Source: Lama glama
Taxonomy: Eukaryota
NCBI GenBank assembly: GCA_028534125.1
Contig: CM052818.1
Location: forward strand, 46,192,001-46,256,000
Direction of reading: 5' to 3'
DNA length: 64,000 bases
A program made the translations under genes and the position numbers. Under the pieces are notes generated by a model. That model was not told the DNA's origin. It saw nothing but the letters and a program-made list of their open reading frames with translations, and searched no databases. Positions 1 through 12,945 of the stretch are shown one piece after another; the first letter of the stretch is position 1, and each line of letters starts with the position of its first letter.

Positions 1-488
1 TTTCTTAGCTCATAAATTCTTGAAAGTGAGGTTTAATAGAAAAAGTGGCCTACAACTGAAGACATTTAGATGCAGTATTTGTGTCTAATTCAAAATGTGT
101 AACTTAGTTCTGTCATAAACCATCCAGTGTTTCAATTATTCAATTCAACTAGTGGAAATAATATAGTCCCAGAATCATCCCACAAAGATAACCTCTATAT
201 TAATAAACTTGAGAAGTATTTCAATATCTTAGAGAAAAAGGGCAGGAGAATGAGGAAAGAAATCTACTGACGTGTATGGGAAACCCACCTAGATAGAAGA
301 TAAAACTACATCTACCATCAAATTTCATCAAATTTGAAATGGGAATTTAGAGCTGCATTTTTGCTATTTTCTGCTTATTTTTAGTGCCTCTAAGCAGACA
401 GCAATAAATGGTTTCACAGTACACATTAATGTGTAAAAATTTCAAATAATGAGCAGCTACAAAAACTAAGAACAATATTACATGAGAA

Positions 489-636
489 CACTGGTTCCCA
501 ACTCTGGCTGCACATAAGAATCACCTGGAAAACTTGAAAAAAAAAAGAAAAGGCCAAGGCCACACCCTCAGATCCAATGGTATTTTTAAAAAGCTCCTTG
601 AGTGATTTAAGGTGCAGCCAGAGTTGAGAACTGGCA
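489..636. mobile_element. MER5-like non-autonomous hAT DNA transposon relic
   Basis: Perfect 15-bp inverted repeats CAACTCTGGCTGCAC (499-513) / GTGCAGCCAGAGTTG (612-626); internal AGAATCACCTGG typical of MER5. Confidence 0.75.
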
Positions 637-1086
637 CACCTGAGTCAGTCTTGAAACCTATCAGTCCACCTGTTTTCTCAAGTTTATCAAGACTCCCGTT
701 TGCCTTTTTCATCAAGGATGGCTGCAAAGATCCTTTCTGATTAAGCTCTTTCACTCACGCAGTCCACCCTCTCGAGGGGCTTATATGTGAATCCCAGAAC
801 ACCAAGAGGACGTGGATGCCAAATCACGTTTCAATGCTAAATGGATGCAGCCCCAAGGAAGGCTCTTCCCTAAAGAGCTTTCAGTTTTCTAAAGCACACT
901 GAAAAGGAATTAATTCTACAGGAGTGTGAGGAGACTTTTTTGAGATGCTTACTTAACTGTTTTCTCAATCATGGTAGAAAAAGCATCACCGGGGTATAAA
1001 CCAGGATATTTATAAGGAAAAAAGTATCAACTTAATTTTATGTTTCAGTGTCTTGACGCTTCGCAAGTCTTAGGGGATATTCTTTA

Positions 1087-1341
<255 letters not shown>

Positions 1342-1771
1342 TTAAAGATGCCAACAACAAAAAAATTAAGGGTAAGATTTTTAACAAGTCTTTGAACTCA
1401 AAGAAATTGTCTGTGGATGACATGTCCATGAAGATATTTCCTAGAATTATATAGTATGGCTTATGCTGTTTAGAATCTCTTGGACATTTTGTGTATTTTT
1501 TAACTCTGCTATTATAATTAAAATGTTCAGTGTGTATAATTATACAGCATGATTTTAAGCAAAGTACACACAGTAAATTAAGGCAAAGTGTTCTTTAGGA
1601 TAGTATTTCTCAACCTTTTTTTCTGCCCTAACACTCCTGCAAGATAAACTCACTCACATACATTGGACCATGGCAGAGTTTCTCACACTGGGATGTGAAA
1701 AGATTTCTCACAAAGTCTAACATACGTTTTCTCCTAAAAATTATGTTAATATACTTCCAAAAAAGCAAGAG

Positions 1772-1997
1772 AGAGTAGGGGTTAAGGACACAGACACTGA
1801 AGCCAGATTGCTTGGGTTCAAAGCCCAGCTTTGTCTCTTACCCTGATCATCAGGGGCAAATAACCTAACCTCTCTGTGCCTCAGTTGCATAATCTCTGTA
1901 AAATGGGGTTCACGACAAGCCTACACCATGAGGTTGATATGAAGACGAAATGGGTTAACATATGTTAAGAACTGAGGACTGTGCCTGGCACATGGTT
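1772..1997 (+). mobile_element. MIR SINE
   Basis: GGGTTCAAAGCCCAGCT...CTCTCTGTGCCTCAGTT...TGTAAAATGGGG core and GTGCCTGGCACAT tail. Confidence 0.85.
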
Positions 1998-2630
1998 TAA
2001 GTGGTACACACTATCACACAGTGCTAATACATTATTTAAGTGTTAATCAGTATAATTATTACTAAGAATAACTCTTTAATTATTCTGTATTTATATAAGA
2101 AAAATAACAAATTGCATCTTAGCTACCCTTGGAATATACATATTAAACAGTTAAGTTTTGAAGGCTAACAACTTGTACTGTAAGTATCACAAAAATGCTC
2201 CAAATTTTCTAGTACAGGAGATTTTCCTCTTGCAAATGGAAAAAACTATCCCAGAGAACTTTTTCCATTTAAGATAGTCAGTTCGCTTTGATCAAATCAA
2301 TCAAAATAAGATTTCAGTATACATCACTGTATATTTTGTTTTAAATTTTAACAAAATTAGGAAATTCTATTTACAGAATATTTCTATCGTATCTTATTCA
2401 CATAAATTACAAAGATTTAAAGGGATGTTAAAAACTACATAAAGAGTTAAAGGCCAAGGAGGTGCTGGGTACACAATGGGTGTCTGATGAGTTGTTACTG
2501 AATGACTGAATTAATGACTTCCTTGTGAATAAAAAGAAAACATCTCATTTCAAAACACAAAATGGTCTATATTGTAAACCATATGTGCTGTGTAGAACCA
2601 GATGCATGATAAGTCTAACAAAGTAATTTA

Positions 2631-2789
<159 letters not shown>

Positions 2790-3373
2790 TTACTAAAATA
2801 CTACCCATCATATACTTGATGCTCACTGTACAGAAAAGCTCTCTGTAACCATCACACACCAATACTCTCAGAACCTATCAGGGGAAGGTACGTGCAGCGG
2901 GAGGGAGTGATGCATCCAGCTCAAGTGTAAGAAAAAGACATTAAAAGCATTTAAACATCAAGATATAGCCAAACCTATTTCTGGCAGCCAAAGTTATAAC
3001 AAGCGCTTTGGTGGTATCAAGTTGGAACATGTCACTGTTTATATATGAAGTTCCCACAGAATAACGTGACAACTCAGTGGCCTCAAGGGGATATTCTGTC
3101 AAAGAGCTTTCTTGGTCTCCCAGTTTTACAATGATCCAAGGCATACGATACCTCCTCACTTACTCTAGAGATGGGAAGGTGAATCTTTCTAGTAAACTTC
3201 TCTCACCTGCGATGACAGTATGGAGTGTTGTCATAAGACATAAGACGTCTGCAATATAATTTCTGGTAGGAAGTACTCTTAAAACACCAGAATCTTAAAA
3301 TCTGGTAAAGAGCGATCTTTATAGCAAAAGTCATTGAAAAACAGTGTCCTTAATAAAGAAAAAAAAAGACTTA

Positions 3374-3523
<150 letters not shown>

Positions 3524-3610
3524 TCATTCAACAAATAAACAATAATTATAACTAATCCATTGCACTACACCAGATGGACTCTATACACTAGCATTTGGAA
3601 TGCAATTCTT

Positions 3611-3796
3611 TCTGTATATATATTTTTTTATTGAAGTATAGTCAGTTTACAACGTTGTGTCAGTTTCTGGTGTACAGCACATGCTTCTGTCATACAAGTA
3701 CATATATGTATTCGTTTTCATAGTCTTTTTCACCATAAGTTACTACAAGATATTGAATATAGTTCCCTGTGCTACACAATATGAACTTGTTGTTTA
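3611..3796 (-). mobile_element. 5'-truncated young L1 3' end with target-site duplication
   Basis: T-rich tail then TTGAAGTATAGTCAGTTTACAA; flanked by TTGGAATGCAATTCTT (3595-3610) and TTGGCATGCAATTCTT (3797-3812); homologous to copies at 4200, 13634 and 16773. Confidence 0.85.
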
Positions 3797-4199
3797 TTGG
3801 CATGCAATTCTTATTAAATGGGCAAATACACCATTAACAATTCTAACTTCCCAAATGAACCTAAAATATAATGCCCATTTAGAGTCACAGAACACAAATG
3901 CAAGACATCTTCTTTCCAGCTACTTCTTGTAGGCACTCTAACAATGAATGAGCTCTTTTTCAAGAAATTTAGTATCAGAAGATGGCCACCATTTTTACAG
4001 TTTACAGATTTACTACCACCAGATCTGACTGTTGTGAAAAGACAATGATTAGAAATAGGAAACTTCCCTGATCAGGGCACTTTATTTTAAGGCAAATTCT
4101 TAAGAGGCAGTCATTAGAGTTACATCTTCATTGTTGGGGTGTCTTTGTCATATTAATACAATAAATGACTAAAAAAGACAATCATGTCCGCTATATGCC

Positions 4200-4600
4200 T
4201 TTTTTTTTAATTGAAGTATAGTCAGTTTACAGTGTTGTGTCAATTTCTGGTGTACAGCAATGTCCCAGTCATACAGATACATACATACATTAGTTTTCAT
4301 ATTCTTTTTCATTATAGGTTACTACAAGACATTGAACATAGTTCCCTGTGCCGTACAGTATAAACTTGTTGTTTATCTATTTTATGTATCGTGGTTAGTA
4401 TCTGCAAATCTCAAACTCCCAATTTATCCCTTCCTACCCCCTTCCCCCACTGGTAACCATTTGTCGTCTATGTCTGTGAGTCTGTTTCTATTTTGTAAAT
4501 AACTTCATTTGTCTTTTTTTTAGATTCCACATGTAAGTGATGCTATATGGTATTTTTCTTTCTCTTTCTGGCTTACTTCACTTGAATGACAATCTCCAGG
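4200..4600 (-). mobile_element. 5'-truncated L1 3' end (same family)
   Basis: Poly-T followed by the same tail, extending to TAGATTCCACATGTAAGTGA...CTTACTTCACTT L1 3' sequence. Confidence 0.85.
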
Positions 4601-5170
4601 CTGCAAACTACACCTGTTCTTTTAAGAGTGGGAGAACCAGAGTGGAACCACAAGAACACGATAAGCCGTGAATCGCCTTTCTAACAAGGACCACAGAGAC
4701 GACCCCTCCCTCTAACTCTCAGGGAAGGAAATGGGCTTATCGAAGAGACTGACTTGACCAAGGCCAGGGGCCCTAGTGCTGACTGAGGTACCTAAGCTGG
4801 TACCAGGGCTGTACTGCGTGGGGACAGCTGGAGCTGTGCGTGTGTTCAGGTGGCCAGTTCCTTGGTGTCTTCCACCAGGGGTGGGGCAGTTAGGTTGGCC
4901 AGACCTTCAGGAATAGAAGATGGACTTTGAAGAAGCAATAGTTCAGGAGATCCAGCTGATAATTTTACAACCTTGGAATATATATTCTCAAGTTTACTTA
5001 ATGTTTTGTCAAATTACTAAGTGGAAGGTATATTAGTTTCCCACATTAACATTTTACAGCATAGACTACATCTCCAACTAGGACATTTTTCTGGGAGCTA
5101 AACAGATAAGTACTGTACTAGAAAAGACTTAACACTGAATGCAGACAGAGCCTTACTGTTAACCTGATTA

Positions 5171-5281
<111 letters not shown>

Positions 5282-6142
5282 TTAAAAAACAATTAAAATG
5301 AAGCCCAATAAATTCAAAGTTTTTTACAACTTAAACTATGTCCCATGTGATGACAGCACTCACTTGAGGCAGATGACAGTCCCACAAAATTACAAAGATA
5401 GGGAAGAAAAGTGTCAATGTGGGAAAAGATAAAAAGTGACTTCAGGGATCTTTTAGTTGTTCAAATTGTGAGAGAGGGTGATTTAGAACCAAGAAGCTCA
5501 AAGGTTAAATCCAACCTTCTGAATGTTAGGGTTAAACTATGATGTACTTAAAATGTAAACTAGTGGTGATTAAATTATTCAATGATACTTTTAGAATGAG
5601 CACTTAAGTGTAAACCCATAAGCACTTCAAAATTCTTTCATTTTTTAAAAAGATAATACACACTTACCAAATAGCTTAAATTTAAGTAGGCTTATCTTAT
5701 TCATACCTGTGAATCTGTCTCTTTTCCTTCTACATTCTGTTATTTCATTATATTTTATACCAAGGACTTAAACAATTTTCCCTTCTTCTTATATTAATAA
5801 AACAGCCTTATTTTCCAATTACCAGAAGGCTTTAAGTGAAACCTCACCTGTTTTTCAAATCCCTCACCTTCTTCGATGCCTTTCCCCATTTCTAGCTCAC
5901 AACGCGCCCACTCACTCGCTAAGCAGTTTCTGTCTGCCAAGCACTGTATTAAGTACCCAGCATATGGAAATGTCCGATACCAGGAACCTGACCTCAAGAA
6001 CTCGTTGTCTACTAAGAGACAGGCATCAGATGCATCTATCTTCAAAACAAGGTCCTACTTCAGAGGATGCCGATAAAGAAAATCAAACCACTGTGGTGAT
6101 ACCAAGAATTCCTGGCCTTCCATTTTAACTGGCCTCTAGGCT

Positions 6143-6143
<1 letters not shown>

Positions 6144-6188
<45 letters not shown>

Positions 6189-6190
6189 GT
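6144..6190. repeat. (GT)14(GC)4(GT)5 microsatellite
   Basis: Directly visible. Confidence 0.95.
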
Positions 6191-6204
6191 TGGGGGGGTG
6201 GTTT

Positions 6205-6256
6205 CCATTTATTTACTTATTTATTTTAATGGAGGTACTGGGGATTGATTCTAGGA
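6205..6256 (-). mobile_element. Truncated tRNA-derived SINE 3' fragment (camelid-type)
   Basis: TTATTTATTTTAATGGAGGTACTGGGGATTGA is the reverse complement of a B-box-like TCAATCCCCAGTACCTCC plus an A-rich tail; family assignment from recall. Confidence 0.55.
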
Positions 6257-6649
6257 CAATCCCTCTTAAGAGTGTCCCTAGTTCTGTTTCTCCTACAGTT
6301 AGCGTAGTAACTATTTCAAAGTTTCTCTCCTAAATTTTCCAGCCCTCAGTCCTATTCCACTAGAAGCCTGGGCTTTCTCTGCATGAAAAAATTATGCTGT
6401 CTACTTGTCAATTTCCTCCAGTTCACTTACCAACCCACCTGCATCTTTCCTTCCACTTCTCCTGTACAGGGACCTTTCTAAGGCTAATCTTCCCACCACG
6501 GTTCTACACCCTGCACACTCCCTCCTTCGGAGGAACTGACTCCTGCTACATCACTGGCTTTTCCCTGTCCTCTCTTGGTCATCGGTGTTTTAACAGGCCA
6601 GTCATGCCCATCCCCAAATTAAAATCCTTTCATTCAAATTTCCTTTAGT

Positions 6650-7430
6650 TTCCACTTTATTCCTTTTCTCTGCCCGCTTCTAAAAGCTGTGCACACTCTC
6701 TGCCTCTATTTCCTCATCTCCCCTCAACCCACTGCAGTCTGGCTTTTTACCAACTACTCTCTGAAATCCTCCTTGCAAAGCAGCTCTTTGTTGCTGAGAG
6801 CAAACAGCCCTTGTTAGTCCTCGTCTAACTCATTCTCCCGGCAGCACGTCATCCCTCCTTCTCCGACTTCATGCTCTCCTCCTGTCCTGCTGGTTTTCTG
6901 CCTTAGTTTCCTTCATTCAGCTGCTTCTGCCCATCCTTCCAATGCTGATATTCTGAGGGTTCTCTCTTTGGCCCTCTTCTCAGTTTTCCTGATCTTCATT
7001 TTCACATTTGCTGATTTCCAAATCTGTATTTGTAGCCCAGATTGTTCCCTCGAATTCCAGACCTCTAACAGTCACTTGGAGTTGGTATCTCCACTGGGAC
7101 ACCTCACAGGCACTTTATACTCAAATATGCCAAACAAACTTGCACCTCAAGTCTCTTGCCCTTGCTCTTTCTTCCTGGAGTGCTCTGCCCCCAGATATTT
7201 ACAAACTGGCTCCTTTGTATCCTTTGGGTCTCAGTTCGAATGTCACCTCATCTGCCCTTCACATTGTTCTGTCATAACACAACTACATGAAGTTATTGGA
7301 TCTACTTATTTATGGCTATTTCTCACTATTAAAATGAAAGCTCCTAACAGCAGAGACATTGTCTGTTCCATTCACCACTGTATACCTACAGTGCCTGACG
7401 TGCAGTAAATCTCAAGAAATATGAATAAAA
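6650..7430 (+). mobile_element. L2 LINE fragments
   Basis: Pyrimidine-rich degenerate L2 sequence ending in CAGTGCCTGACGTGCAGTAAATCTCAAGAAATATGAAT; limits approximate. Confidence 0.6.
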
Positions 7431-7439
7431 ACTCCCAAA

Positions 7440-7746
7440 TCATGAACCTTGGAAACATTATGCTAAATGAAAGAAGCCAGTCACAGAAGGTTACATACTG
7501 TAACCCATTATAGGAAATGTGCAAAACAGGATAATCTGTAGAGAGGGAAAGTAGATCAGTGGTTGCCTAGGTCTGGGGAAGCTGGGGGAAAATGGATGTA
7601 CGGGCTTCTTTTTGGAATGACAAAAATGTTCCAGAATTAGATAGTGGTGATAGTTGTAAAACTGTGTATATATTAAAGAACCATTGCTTTGTACACTTTA
7701 AATGAGTGTTGATGTGAATTCAATCTCAATAAGGCTGTTATAAAAC
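7440..7746 (+). mobile_element. Old L1M (L1MB-like) 3' fragment
   Basis: ATGAACCTTGGAAACATTATGCTAAATGAAAGAAGCCAGTCAC...GTGGTTGCCTAGG...CTCAATAAGGCTGTT. Confidence 0.75.
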
Positions 7747-7759
7747 AACGAAACTCTCC

Positions 7760-8790
7760 AGTTTACCCAGACCTGCCCCATCTCCTATACTCGTTGAGTG
7801 ATAACTCGATCATTTACCAGGTATCCAACCTAGGAATCGGACTCGCCCTAACACTCCTTTCTGCCCTGCCTTCCCTCCCCACAACTGCCCCTTCCAAGAT
7901 ATCTGATCAGTTACAATGTTCTAGAGATTTCATTTCCTTACACTCTCAAACCTCTTTCCAAACCACTAGTGCTCATTTCACTCATTCTAGGCTCTCACTG
8001 CTTATCACTTGGATGATTTCAATTTCATCCTACTGAATTCTCCCACCCTTTCATCTGCTACACTGCTGCTAGGAGCATCTTCAATCTTCCCAAAACAATT
8101 CCCACCACATCCCATCCTTGCTTAAAATCCCTCCTTGGCTCCTTATAACTGGCAATAAGAACCCCAAATCCTTAGTCTGTATACAAGGTCCTTCATAAAC
8201 TGGACCCCGACAGCCTCTACCATCTCATGTGCTAGTCTTTTGGCTGCAGTCATGAGGATTCTGGCCACAAACCGTGACCTCTCATCCTCACACGTGCCAC
8301 TTTCTCCACCTGGAACATCCCCACCACCCCTCCACCTTCAGCTGTCTTTAATTCCTACTCATTCTTTAGGACTCAGCTCATGCGTCATGTTTTCCAGGAT
8401 GCAGTAGATAGCGTTCTCATCTCACTCTGCTGGAATTCCCTCCTCCATGGCCTCAGTGCAATACCTACCTGTACTCTTACAGTAATCACCATTGATTGAG
8501 AACCTACCATGAGCTTTACTCAACACAGTTCAGTGTTGCTATATTATTTCCACATGAGGAAATGGGTTCAGTGAGGTTGCTGTCCTAGTAATCGAGTATG
8601 GATTAGATTTCAAGTCTGACTCCAAAGTAATGGTTTTCTATTATTCCAAATTATCACTTCAGTACTTTGCACCTGGCATTGCAATTCCCTCCAAAAGGGT
8701 GAATTCACTTAACTCAGCCCTCTGTCTTATTTGTATCCCCAGTGCCTAGTGTGGTGCTTGACGCTTGCTCAGTGCTTGCTGAATACAGGG
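7760..8790. mobile_element. L2 fragments (+) with an interposed MIR-like piece (~8490-8630)
   Basis: CTTAAAATCCCTCCTTGGCTCC, CCTACTCATTCTTTAGGACTCAGCTCA and TGTATCCCCAGTGCCTAG L2 motifs; limits approximate. Confidence 0.55.
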
Positions 8791-9632
8791 AGAGAGGACA
8801 GGTGTGAACTAAGCAGTGGTAAACTTGTGTTCTGTCCCCAGTAGGTGCTCACCAAGTCCTTATTAAATGAAGGTGTAAAGGAGATACTTTCTACCTTTTG
8901 AAAAACGCACACATTCGTGTGGTGCTAACTCATATCTAACAATAAACATGTTTGTGGATTCAAACTGCTCATTTATAGAATAAGCTGCCTACATTTGTAT
9001 TTCCCTTTCTAAGCAGTGTTCCAGATCTGTAAGGTGGTCATTTCCAATTAAAGACTAGCCTTCTCACGGACAATCAAGGGCTGAGATTTTCGTCCTTAAC
9101 ACCTCTGCTATTTCTCCTCTCCGACTTTCCACCTTCCTTATTCTCCTAGAGTTTGAGTTCTGAATGGAACTTACATCAAGTCCCTAGTTTATTTCGTGTT
9201 TCACATCTTGAAAAATATCAAGTCCTGGAGGTAAGAAACAGACTTAGTTCTTCCTCGCACTGCTACAGCCTTATCCAGATCCTCATCTCCTCCTGCCATC
9301 CTCAGCATCACCGGTTCCCTTAGAGACTGCCACTCTTTGGTGCATATGAAAACGCCAAGCGGCTCCTTAAACCATTTCCCCTCGCCCTCCAATTCCAACA
9401 TATTCTCCTCCCTTGAGACTGAAGAAAAAGCAAAATCCCATTCAACCTAGCAGGCCCCTTCCGATCAACAGTTCTCCAAACCCCTTCAGCCGGAGAGGCC
9501 TGGCCCGCAACTGCGGACCCAGGGCAGGCTGCCGAGGCGTGCTGGCGTCGGGGCGACTGAGGAAGCCAACCATCCGGTTACCCTCCTCGCCTCACAGCCG
9601 TGGCTGCATTGCGTCTCTCGCTGGTCCCTTAC

Positions 9633-9682
9633 AGGGGTCGGATCAGCAGCTGGTCACTCTCCTCCGCAGGAATCGCAGACAT
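9633..9682 (-). CDS. CPSF3: CPSF3 coding exon 1 (MSAIPAEESDQLLIRP[L])
   Basis: ATG at 9682-9680; 50 nt; ends at CT|GTAAG donor; recognisable CPSF73 N-terminus. Confidence 0.97.
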
Positions 9683-9929
9683 CTCAGAAGTCTGAAGGCG
9701 AAGCAGGGATGAGGAACAAACAGGTCGCCGGAGTCTCTAAATTGAAAGAGCAGCCACAGGAAACCAAAGAAAGAACCTCAACCACTGAGAGCACAACTTC
9801 CGGCACCACGGCGCCCGCGACCCTAGGCTCCTCCCTCCGACTTCCGGGCGGAGAACTGGGCTCGCGAGGCTCCTCCCCACTATGAGTCCAGGAACTTGGG
9901 GCGGGGTCAGGACTGCGCCTGCGCGAGGC

Positions 9930-10061
9930 TTCGGAGGCGGGGCCCGGAGGGTTGGGTTACGGGGCCGGAAAAGCTGGCGCTGGAATTAGAACGGGAGTGG
10001 CCGTTGCGGCTCTGGCTGCCGGGGCGGTGGGTGTCTGACCTCGACCCGAGGCGGCTGTGAG
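9930..10061 (+). other. ITGB1BP1: ITGB1BP1 putative non-coding exon 1 (start approximate)
   Basis: Lies in the CpG island and ends at GAG|GTGAGA donor (10061/10062); the ATG-bearing exon has an acceptor, so an upstream UTR exon is required. Confidence 0.6.
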
Positions 10062-10849
10062 GTGAGACCCCGGCCCTCGCCGCGCCCTGCCTGGACCTGG
10101 CCGGGAACCGGGACCCCGAGGGCGGCGCCGGCGGGGAGCCCTGCGGAGGAGCGGATGGGTGGGGCCGCGCAGTCTCCTCCGGGACCCGCCTTCCCTGGGT
10201 GGGGGATCCAGGCCCCGAGGCGGCGCGGGCGGGCAGCTGGAGCGAAGGAGCGGGCCTGGGCCTGCGGGAGGAGACAGTGCCCCAGTGCCCAGTCCCTGTC
10301 TGGGGAGGGACTGCAGCTCCGGTGAGAACCGATGCGGTGTGTGGATGGGTCCCGTCGGAAGGGTGACGGAGTGGGAGCATCCGCGGGGCTGCTCCCCGTG
10401 TCAGGCTCTGATTCGAGGAGCGGTGACGAGCGCCCACTCTTTGTGCGGGCTCCTGTTGTTTCCCCATCCCTTGGGGCTTCACCCTCTTCCCCCGCTGCAC
10501 GGGGCGGGCGGGGTTGTGTCTGTTTTGTTTACTGTCATCAGGAGCACTAGCACGTGGCGAGCGTTCCGCAACAGCGAAGAATACCAGGGGACCACGCGGG
10601 GGTGTAGGGAGAGTTTTGGAGCCAGCTCGATCAAGTTCCAAACTTTGCCCCACCCATTATTAGCCTGGCGACCTTTCGCAAGCAGCTTAATAAACTTTGA
10701 GCTTTGGCTGCTTCATTTGAAAGGGCTGTAATACTGTAGCCTTGCTGGTCAGTAGACAGGGTCAGAGGTACATATGGCACCTAGCACTGGGCGGCACACG
10801 GTAGGCTCTCACTATGTGGGAGTTGTCATCTGGGTGTTATCTCACAAGA

Positions 10850-11830
10850 AGGTTCTCCAGTTCATTAAGCATGTCCTCTGCCAGGCTGTGGCAGGCGTTG
10901 AGTATAGAGAGCTAAGTGACCTAGCCGCCATCCCCCCTACACCTCCCCCCCCCCCCCCCGCCTCCGCCTGTGAGGAGTTCAGGTTCAGAGTGAGATAGTT
11001 AAAAGCAGGCAGTAGCAGACTCATGCTAAGATGAGGGTATAAACTCAAGCTGTGAAAGACATCCCTTAGCCCAGCCTGGAGATCCAAGAGAGGCTTCCAA
11101 AAGATGCAGCCTTAACTGAGTCTTGAAAGGAGGCTGTCGTTAGACTGAGTGAATAGTGGGTGGAAGGGCATTCCAGGCAGCGGGACTGGCAGGAGCACAG
11201 CGTGGAAACGCGGAGCGCCATGCACGCTGACAACCGCAAGCAGTTTTGCTTTAAGTGTGAAGCTGCTACTGGAAGATGAGACTGGAGAAGTACATAGGGC
11301 CGGGTTATGGAGGACCTTGCATGTCCCGGCAAAGAGCTTTGACTTCAGTCTCTAGCTTTGGGATCCAGCGAAAGAGTTTAAGCAGGTTAGTGGCATCTGA
11401 CTTGAGTTTTAAAGAAATCATTTTGGATAGAGCTTGGTGATAGATTTGAAGTGGCAGAGTCTGGCTGGACAAGGTCTCACATCTGTGAAATATCTCCTGG
11501 GGGCTTGTAAATTTCCTTAAATTTTGCATTCCAAACTGCGTTTTTATGGGATAAGGGTCCGTTGCTTTCATCAGATAATGGGAAAGTATTTATATGTAGC
11601 AGTAGTCTGTGATGATGAGGGGTCACTTCGGGTGGTGTATTCAGTGAATCTTGGGTTTGATTGGATGTGGGGGCTGGAGGACAGAGAGGAGTCCCTGATT
11701 TCCCCGTTTCTACCAGAAACAATGTAATTTCCTGAAAGGGAGAGGAGCGGGAGAAGCAGGTATGGAGGGGAAGATGATGGGTTCTGCTTTAGACATTTTT
11801 GCATTTGATGAGTATGTGGAACATCCAAAT
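10850..11830 (-). mobile_element. L2 LINE fragments (reverse orientation), containing a C15 run at 10945-10959
   Basis: AAGGGCATTCCAGGCAG, GAGTTTAAGCAGG and TTTAGACATTTTGCATTTGA purine-rich L2 antisense motifs. Confidence 0.55.
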
Positions 11831-12349
11831 GACAGTATCTTTGGCCTCATTTTTATGTAAGAATAATTTAGAGAGAAGAATGATTTGCTTAATTAAGAAC
11901 ATGCATCAAAAAAGTAGCAGATAGCAAAGCTTTAATAAATGCTTTTCCCTTAAGCTCCTAGTTTGATGATGAAAAGGGAGTCTTAAGGAGTTGCAAAGGG
12001 CCTTAAAATATACTATAGTGATTTTCAAATCATTCTAGTATTCTAGGGATTTGAAGAGATGCTTCAGGATTACATAACAATAGTATCAAATTATATAAAT
12101 AGCATTTATATATACTTAAAATATAATGTGTTTATATAGACTATACACCAACATTTTAACCCATCAGAGACCACTAACATGGTACTTTATTATGCTAGGT
12201 TAACCCAGTTTTGTGCAGACCTTGGATTAAGGCTCTCTTGCCTTTTCTTTCTAACTGAGAAGTGTCCTGTGATGACAAGGCCGTCGTTTGCAACAAATTA
12301 TCCACAGTAGCCTTCCAAGTAGTCTCTCTCTTTCTCCTCTTGTCCTATG

Positions 12350-12945
12350 CCCTACCCAGCAGGCAGTCATCTTTCTAAAACAAATCTGATCACATCATTT
12401 GACTGCTTTTTAAAATCCTCTAGAGTCTTCCTGTGAAACCCAAAGTAAAACTCCAACTTTTGCCGTGGCCTGCAAGCCCTGTGATCTTTTTCGCCTGTCA
12501 CCCTGCCTGCTCCTCCTGCTCTTAGTTGAGTTGGCCTCTCACCAGTCCCTCTGTCAGACGTGATTCCTCAGGACCTTTGCACTTGCTCTGCCCTCCACTC
12601 ATACTGCTTCTCCTCCATGTTCATGGCTGCTCCCACGTTCCTCAGGGCTCAACTCTCACTTCCTCAGAACATCTTTTTCTATCTGAACTAGTCACCCCTT
12701 CCTTTAATCAGAACATCTTTTTCTATCTGAAATAGTCACCCCTTCCTTTAATTGCTCTCGATCTTATCTTGCTTTAGTTCCCCTCATAGACATTACTGTT
12801 TCCTAATAATGGGTTTTATATTTGGTTTGCTTGTTGGTCTGTCCATTCCCCCTAAAAATGAGCTCCCTGATATCTGTCTTATTTGCTGATGTATCCCCAG
12901 CACCTGGTGGATGCTCATCGGCAACTCAGGAGTGAATGAATCATT
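12350..12945 (+). mobile_element. L2 3' fragment
   Basis: AAATCTGATCACATCA, CCTCAGGACCTTTGCACTTGCT and TGTATCCCCAGCACCT...GAGTGAATGAAT end. Confidence 0.7.
12664..12752. repeat. 44-bp tandem duplication (one mismatch)
   Basis: TCAGAACATCTTTTTCTATCTGAA[C/A]TAGTCACCCCTTCCTTTAA twice. Confidence 0.95.

Larger units (their letters stand above)
9480..10620. promoter_or_regulatory. CpG island / bidirectional promoter shared by CPSF3 (-) and ITGB1BP1 (+)
   Basis: Dense CpG/GC between divergent first exons; ETS motifs ACTTCCGG at 9796-9803 and 9840-9847, CTCGCGAG palindrome 9861-9868, GC box 9898-9906, NRF1-like TGCGCCTGCGC 9914-9924; no obvious TATA box. Limits approximate. Confidence 0.9.

Noticed and set aside
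3657..4502. Similar hydrophobic ORFs (3657..3932, 4260..4502, also 16772..16978) resembling a small membrane-protein family
   Set aside because: They are antisense translations of the same L1 3' UTR fragments.
9907..10731. Long ORFs on both strands in the CpG island (248 aa, 190 aa)
   Set aside because: Low-complexity Pro/Arg/Gly/Ala content and stop-codon depletion expected in GC-rich DNA; no recognisable domain.
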